NCBI RefSeq assembly: GCF_009914755.1
Contig: NC_060933.1
DNA from: the human T2T-CHM13v2.0 reference genome, Homo sapiens
Length of the DNA: 64,000 nt
Reading direction: 5' to 3' (one strand)
The notes under the pieces are model-generated. The model searched no databases. It had not been told where the DNA came from and saw nothing but the letters and a program-made list of their open reading frames with translations. This document shows, one piece after another, positions 57,501-64,000 of the stretch (positions within the stretch are counted from its first letter, which is position 1; each line of letters starts with the position of its first letter). Position numbers and translations under genes: made by a program.

Positions 57501-60500
57501 GAATGGAATGGAACGGAATGGAATGGAATTAACCCGAATACAATGGAATGGAATGGAATGGAATGGAATGGAATGGAATGGAACGGAATGGAGTGGAATG
57601 GAATGGATTCAACCCGAGTGCAGGGGAATGGAATGGAATGGAATGCAATGGAATGGAATCATCCGGAATAGAATGGAATGGAATGGAATGCAAAGCAATG
57701 GAATCAACTCGATTGCAATGGAAAGGAATGGAATGGAAAGGAATAGAATGGAATCAACCTGATTGGGATGGAATGGAAAGGACTGGAATGGAGTGGAATG
57801 GAATGGAATGGAATGCAATGGAATGGTATGGAATGCAATGGAATGGTACGGAATAGAATGGAATGGAACGAATTGTAATGGAATGGAATTCAATGGAATG
57901 GAATGGAATGGAATTGAATCAACGCGAGTGCAGGGGAATGTAATGGAACGGAATGCAATGGAATGGAATCATCCGGAATGGAATGGAATGGAATGGAATG
58001 GAATGGAATCAACCCGAGTGCAATGGAATGGAGTGGAATGGAATGGAATGGAATGGAACAACCCGAATGGAATGGAATGTAATGTAGAGTAAGGGAGTTG
58101 AATAGAATCAATCAGAATGTAATGGAATGGAATTCAACGGAATGGAATGGAATGGAATGGAATGGAATGCAATGGAATGGAATCAACCCGAGTACAATGG
58201 AATGGAATGGAATGGAATGGAATGGAATTAACCCGAATAGAATGGAATGGAATGCAATGGAACGGAATGGAACGGAATGGAATGGAATGGAATGGAATGG
58301 AATGGTATGGAATGGAATGGAATGGAACGGAATAGAATGGAATGGAACGAATTGTAATGGAATGGAATTGAATGGAATGGAATGGAATCAACGCGAGTGC
58401 AGGGGAATGTAATGGAACGGAATGCAATGGAATGGAATCATCCGGAATGGAATGGAATGGAATGGAATGGAATGGAATCAACCCTAGTGCAATGGAATGG
58501 AGTGGAATGGAATGGAATGGAATGGAACAACCCGAATGGAATGGAATGTAATGGAGATTAAGGGAGTTGAATAGAATCAATCCGAATGTAATGGAATGGA
58601 ATGCTACGGAATGGAATGGAATGGAATGGAATGGAATGCAATGGAATGGAATGAAACCGAGTACAATGTAATGGAATGGAATGGAATGGAATGGAATGGA
58701 ATGGAATGGAATGGAATGGAATGCCTTCAAACCGAATGGAATGGAAAGGAATGGAATCAACACGAGTGGAATGGAATGGAATGGAATGGAATGGAATGGA
58801 ATGGAATGGAATGGAATCAACGGGAGTGCAGGGGAATGGAATGGAATGGAATGCAATGGAATGGAATTTTCCGGAATGGAATGGAATGGAATGGAATGGA
58901 ATGGAACGGAAAGGAATGGAATGGAATGGAATGGAAAGGAATCAACTCGAGTGCAGGGGAATGGGATGCAGTGGAATGCAATGGAATGGAATTTTCCGGA
59001 ATGGAATGGAATGGAATGGAATGGAATGGAAACTACCCGAATGGAATGGAATGGAATGGAGTGTAAGGGAATTGAATAGAATGAATCCGAATGGAATGGA
59101 ATGGAATGGAAAGGAATGGAATGGAATGGAATGGAATGCAATGCCATGGAATCAACCCGAGTGCAATCGAATGGAATCGAATGGAATCGAATGAAATGGA
59201 ATGCAATGGAATGGATTCAACTTGAATGGAATGGAAAGAATGGAATCAACACGAGTGGAATGGCAAGGATTGGAATGGAATGGAATGGAATCAACCCGAG
59301 TACAGGGGAATGGAATGGAATGGAATGAGATGGAATGGAATCCTACGTAATGTAATGGAAAGGAATGGAATGGAATGGAATGGAATGGAATGGAATTGAA
59401 TGGAATCAACTCGATTGCAATCGAATGCAATGGAATGGAATTAACCCGAATAGAATGGAATGGAATGGAATGGAATGGAACGGAACGGAATGGAATGGAA
59501 TGGAATGGAATGGAATGGAACGGATCGGAATGGAATGGAATGGAATGGAATGGAATCAACGCGAGTGCAGGGGAATGGAATGGAATGGAATGCAATGGAA
59601 TGGAATCTTCCGGAATGGAATGGAATGGAATGCAATGGATTCAACTCGATTGCAATGGAATGCAATAGAATGGAATGGAATGGAATGGAATGGAATTAAC
59701 CCGAATAGAATGGAATGGAATGGAATGGAACGGAAGGGAACGGAACGGAACGGAACGGAACGGAATGGAATGGAATGGAATGCAATCAACACGAGTGCAG
59801 GGGAATGGAATGGAATGGAATGCAATGGAATGGAATCATCCGGAATGGAATGGAATGGAATGGAATCAACTCCATTGCAATGGAATGGAATGGAATGGAA
59901 TGGAATAGAATGGAATGGAATTAACCCGAATAGAATGGAATGCAATAGAATGGAATGCAACGGAACCGAATGGAGTGGAATGGAATGGAATGGAATCAAC
60001 CCGAGTACAGGGGAATGGAATGGAATGGAATGCAATGGAATGGAGTCATCCGTAATGGAATGGAAAGGAATGGAATGGAATGGAATGGAATGGAATGGAA
60101 TGGAATGGAATCAACTCGATGGCAATCGAATGGAATGGAATGGAATTAACCCGAATAGAACGGAATGGAATGGAATGGAACGGAACGGAATGGAATGGAA
60201 TGGAATGGAATTGAATGGAATGGAATGCCTTCAAACCAAATGGAATGGAAAGGAATGGAATCAACACGAGTGGAAAGGAATGGAATGGAAAGGAATGGAA
60301 TGGAATGGAATGGTACGGAATAGAATGGAATGGAACGAACTGGAATGGAATGGAATGGAATGGAATGGAATGGAATGGAATGGAATCGTTCCGAGTGGAA
60401 TAGGAGGGAATGTATTCGAGTGGAATGGAAAAGAATGGAATCAACCAGAGTGAAATGGAAGGGAATGGAATGGAATGGAAACTAATAGAATGGAATAAAC

Positions 60501-61913
60501 CCGAGTGGAATGGAATGGAAAGGACTGGAATGGGATGGAATGGAATGGAATGGAATGGAATGGAATCAACTCTAGTAATGGAATGGAATGGAATGGAATG
60601 GAATGGAATGGAATGGAATGGAATTAACCCAAATACAATGGAATGGAATGGAATGGAACACAATGGAGTGGAATGGAATGGAATCAACCCGAGTGCAGGG
60701 GAATGGAATGGAATGGAATGCAATGGAATGGAATCATCCGGAATGGAATGGAATGGAATGGAATGCAAAGCAATGGAATCAACTCGATTGCAATGGAATG
60801 GAATGGAATGGAAAGGAATAGAATGGAATCAACCCGAGTGTAATGGAATGGAAAGGACTGGAATGGAGTGGAATGGAATGGAATGGAATGGAATGGAATC
60901 AACTCGATTGGAAAGGAATGGAATGGAATGGAATGGAATGGAATGGAATTAACCCGAATAGAATGGAATGGAATGGAATGGAACGGAATGGAATGGAATG
61001 GAATGGAATGGAATGGAATCAACCCGACTGCAGGGGAATGGAGTGGAATGGAATGAAATGGAATCATCCGGAATGGAATGGAATGGAATGCAATGGAATG
61101 GAATGGAATGGAATCAACCCGAGTGCAATGGAATGGAATCGAATGGAATGGAATGCAATGGAATGGATTCAACTTGAATGGAATGGAAAGAATGGAATCA
61201 ACACGAGTGGAATGGCATGGATTGGAATGGAATGGAATGGAATCAACCCGAGTATAGGGGAATGGAATGGTATGGAATGCAATGGAATGGAATCATCCGG
61301 AATGGAATGGAAAGGAATGGAATGGAATGGAATGGAGTGGAATGGAATCAACTCGATTGCAATCGAATGGAATGGAATGGAATTAACCCGAATAGAATGG
61401 AATGGAATGGAATGGAACGGAACGGAATGGAATGGAATGGAATGGAATGGAACGGAACGGAATGGAATGGAATGGAATGGAATGGAATGGAATCAACGCG
61501 AGTGCAGGGGAATGGAATGGAATGGAATGCAATGGAATGGAGTCTTCCGGAATGGAATGGAATGGAATGGAATGGAATGAAATGCAATGGATTCAACTCG
61601 ATTGCAATGGAATGGAATAGAATGCAATGGAATGGAATTGAATGGAATTAATTCGAATAGAATGGAATGGAATGGAATGGAACGGAATAGAACGGAATGG
61701 AATGGAATGGAATGGAATGGTATGGAATGGAATGGAATGGTACAGAATAGAATGGAATGGAACGAATTGTAATGGAATGGAATTGAATGGAATGGAATGG
61801 AATGGAATGGAATCAACGCGAGTGCAGGGGAATGTAATGGAACGGAATGCAATGGAATGGAATCATCCGGAATGGAATGGAATGGAATGCAATGGAATGG
61901 AATCTTCCGGAAT
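41122..61913. promoter_or_regulatory. Cluster of canonical heat-shock element motifs (nGAAnnTTCnnGAAn), right A' domain; function untested
   Basis: GGAATCTTCCGGAAT at 41122, 43424, 45806, 47808, 48681, 53115, 56066, 59602 and 61899; variant GGAATTTTCCGGAAT at 50024, 50159, 58863 and 58988. Confidence 0.6.
51810..57240 (-). repeat. ~2.5-kb direct duplication with ~2.95-3.0-kb period
   Basis: ORF pairs 52241/55227, 52539/55530, 53790/56736; distinctive block TCAATCATTCCGAG...GGAAAGAAGGG...GCAAGACAATGG at ~52371 and ~55357. Confidence 0.9.
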
Positions 61914-64000
61914 CGAATGGAATGCAATGCAATGGATTCAACTCGATTGCAATGGAATGCAATAGAATGGAATGGAATGGAATGGAATGGAATTAACCCG
62001 AATAGAATGGAATGGAATGGAATGGAACGGAACGGAACGGAACGGAATGGAATGGAATGGAATGGAATTGTATGGAATGGAATGGAATGGTACGGAATAG
62101 AATGGAATGGAAAGAATTGGAATGGAATGGAATCGAATGGAATGGAATGGAATGGAATGGAATGGAATCAACCCGAGTGCAGGGGAATGTAATGGAACGG
62201 AATGTAATGGAATGGAATCATCCGGAATGGAATGGAATGGAATGGAATAGAATGGAATGGAATCAACCCGAGTGCAATGGAATGGAGTGGAATGGAATGG
62301 AATGGAATGGAACAACCCGAATGGAATGGAATGTAATGGAGAGTATGGGAGTTGAATAGAATCAATCCGAATGTAATGGAATGGAATGGAACGGAATGGA
62401 ATTGAATGGAATGGAATGGAATGCAATGGAATGGAATCAACCCGAGTGCAATGGAATGGAGAGGAATGGAATGGAATGGAATGGAAACTACCCGAATGCA
62501 ATGGAATGTAATGGAGTGTAAGGGAATTGAATAGTATCAATCCGAATGCAATGGAATGGAATGGAACGGAATGGAATGGAATGGAATGGAATGGAATGGA
62601 ATGGAATCGTTCCGAGTGGAATAGGAGAGAATGTATTCGAGTGGAATGGAAAGGAATGGAATCAACCAGAGTGGAATGGAAGGGAATGGAATGGAATGGA
62701 AACTAATAGATTAGATTGGAATCAACCCGAGTGGAATGGAATGGAAAGGACTGAAATGGAATGGAATGGAATGGAATGGAATCAACTCGATTGTAATGGA
62801 ATGGAATGGAACGGAATGGAATGGAATTAACCCGAATACAATGGAATGGAATGGAATGGAATGGAATGGAATGGAATGGAACGGAATGGAGTGGAATGGA
62901 ATGGATTCAACCCGAGTGCAGGGGAATGGAATGGAATGGAATGCAATGGAATGGAATCATCCGGAATGGAATGGAATGGAATGGAATGCAAAGCAATGGA
63001 ATCAACTCGATTGCAATGGAAAGGAATGGAATGGAAAGGAATAGAATGGAATCAACCTGATTGGGATGGAATGGAAAGGACTGGAATGGAGTGGAATGGA
63101 ATGGAATGGAATGGAATGGAATGCAATGGAATGGTATGGAATGGAATGGAATGGTACGGAATAGAATGGAATGGAACGAATTGTAATGGAATGGAATTCA
63201 ATGGAATGGAATGGAATGGAATTGAATCAACGCGAGTGCAGGGGAATGTAATGGAACGGAATGCAATGGAATGGAATCATCCGGAATGGAATGGAATGGA
63301 ATGGAATGGAATGGAATCAACCCGAGTGCAATGGAATGGAGTGGAATGGAATGGAATGGAATGGAACAACCCGAATGGAATGGAATGTAATGTAGAGTAA
63401 GGGAGTTGAATAGAATCAATCAGAATGTAATGGAATGGAATGTAACGGAATGGAATGGAATGGAATGGAATGGAATGCAATGGAATGGAATCAACCCGAG
63501 TACAATGGAATGGAATGGAATGGAATGGAATGGAATGCCTTCAAACCGAATGGAATGGAAAGGAATGGAATCAACACGAGTGGAATGGAATGGAATGGAA
63601 TGGAATGGAATGGAATGGAATGATACGGAATACGATGGAATGGAACGAAATGGAATGGAATGGAATGGACTGGAATGGAATGGAATGGAATGGAATCGTT
63701 CCGAGTGGAATAGGAGGGAATGTATTCGAGTGGAATGGAAAGGAATGGAATCAACCAGAGTAGAATGGAAGGGAATGGAATGGAATGGAAACTAATAGAA
63801 TGGAATCAACCCTAGTGGAATGGAATGGAAAGGACTGGAATGGAAAGGAATGGAATGGAATGGAATGGAATGGAATGGAATGGAATGGAATGGAATCAAC
63901 GCGAGTGCAGGAGAATGGAATGGAATGGAATGGAATGGAATGGAATGGAATCAACCCGAGTGCAGGGGAATGTAATGGAACGGAATGCAAAGGAAAGGAA
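59010..64000 (-). repeat. Copy 2 of the >=5-kb segmental duplication (truncated by window end)
   Basis: Shares rare markers with 40530-45525: TCCTACGTAATG, TCAACTCTAGTAATG, GAACACAATGG, GAGAGTATGGGAG, AATAGTATCAATCC. Confidence 0.95.

Larger units (their letters stand above)
35574..64000 (-). repeat. Satellite III (HSat3) array, right arm, inverted: (GAATG)n on + strand
   Basis: GGAAT runs with CAACCCGAGT/CAACTCGATT spacers, the reverse complement of the left-arm vocabulary. Runs to the window end. Confidence 0.98.
39991..64000 (-). repeat. HSat3 sub-domain A' (inverted A)
   Basis: Reverse complements of A markers: GGAATCTTCCGGAAT, GGAGAGTAAGGGAGTTGAA, GGATTCAACTTGAATGGAATGGAAAGAAT, GAATGCCTTCAAACC. 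Confidence 0.75.

Noticed and set aside
1-64000. Hundreds of ORFs up to 405 aa (MEWNG / IPFHS repeats)
   Set aside because: Pure (GGAAT)n and (CATTC)n contain no stop codons, so overlapping ORFs arise in all frames on both strands. There are no recognisable domains; these are artefacts of satellite translation.
1-64000. CRISPR-like repeat/spacer alternation
   Set aside because: The 'spacers' come from a small reused vocabulary, repeat lengths vary and there are no cas genes; this is eukaryotic satellite.
1-64000. HSat2, alpha satellite or telomeric repeat
   Set aside because: No dense CATTCGATTC/GATGATTCCATTCGA pattern typical of HSat2, no 171-bp monomers and no TTAGGG runs; long CATTC runs with CTCGGGTTG spacers indicate HSat3.
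1-64000. Perfect recent palindrome mirrored at 35574
   Set aside because: Spacer order is not mirror-symmetric beyond ~19 bp, and the inverted paralog pairs have different symmetry axes.

Overview
The whole 64-kb window is primate (most likely human) Satellite III (HSat3) heterochromatin: degenerate (CATTC)n pentamer runs punctuated by A(C/T)TCGGGTTG-type spacers. I found no credible genes, RNA genes, transposons or CRISPR arrays; every ORF in the track is a repeat-translation artefact (MEWNG/IPFHS). The structure is the interesting part. (1) There is a single base-sharp strand inversion at ~35,572-35,575: CATTC is on + to the left and GAATG is on + to the right, joined through a 2-4 bp microhomology. 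(2) Two motif-defined subtypes are nested as A-B|B'-A' around that junction. (3) Perfect trimeric heat-shock elements (nTTCnnGAAnnTTCn, ATTCCGGAAGATTCC) recur in the A domains (27 counted by eye) and I saw none across the ~21-kb B core. (4) There is a hierarchy of direct and inverted duplications, including a near-identical 2,009-bp tandem pair and a >=5-kb copy at an ~18.48-kb offset. Coordinates, offsets and counts were read by eye from the sequence and ORF track, not computed by alignment.
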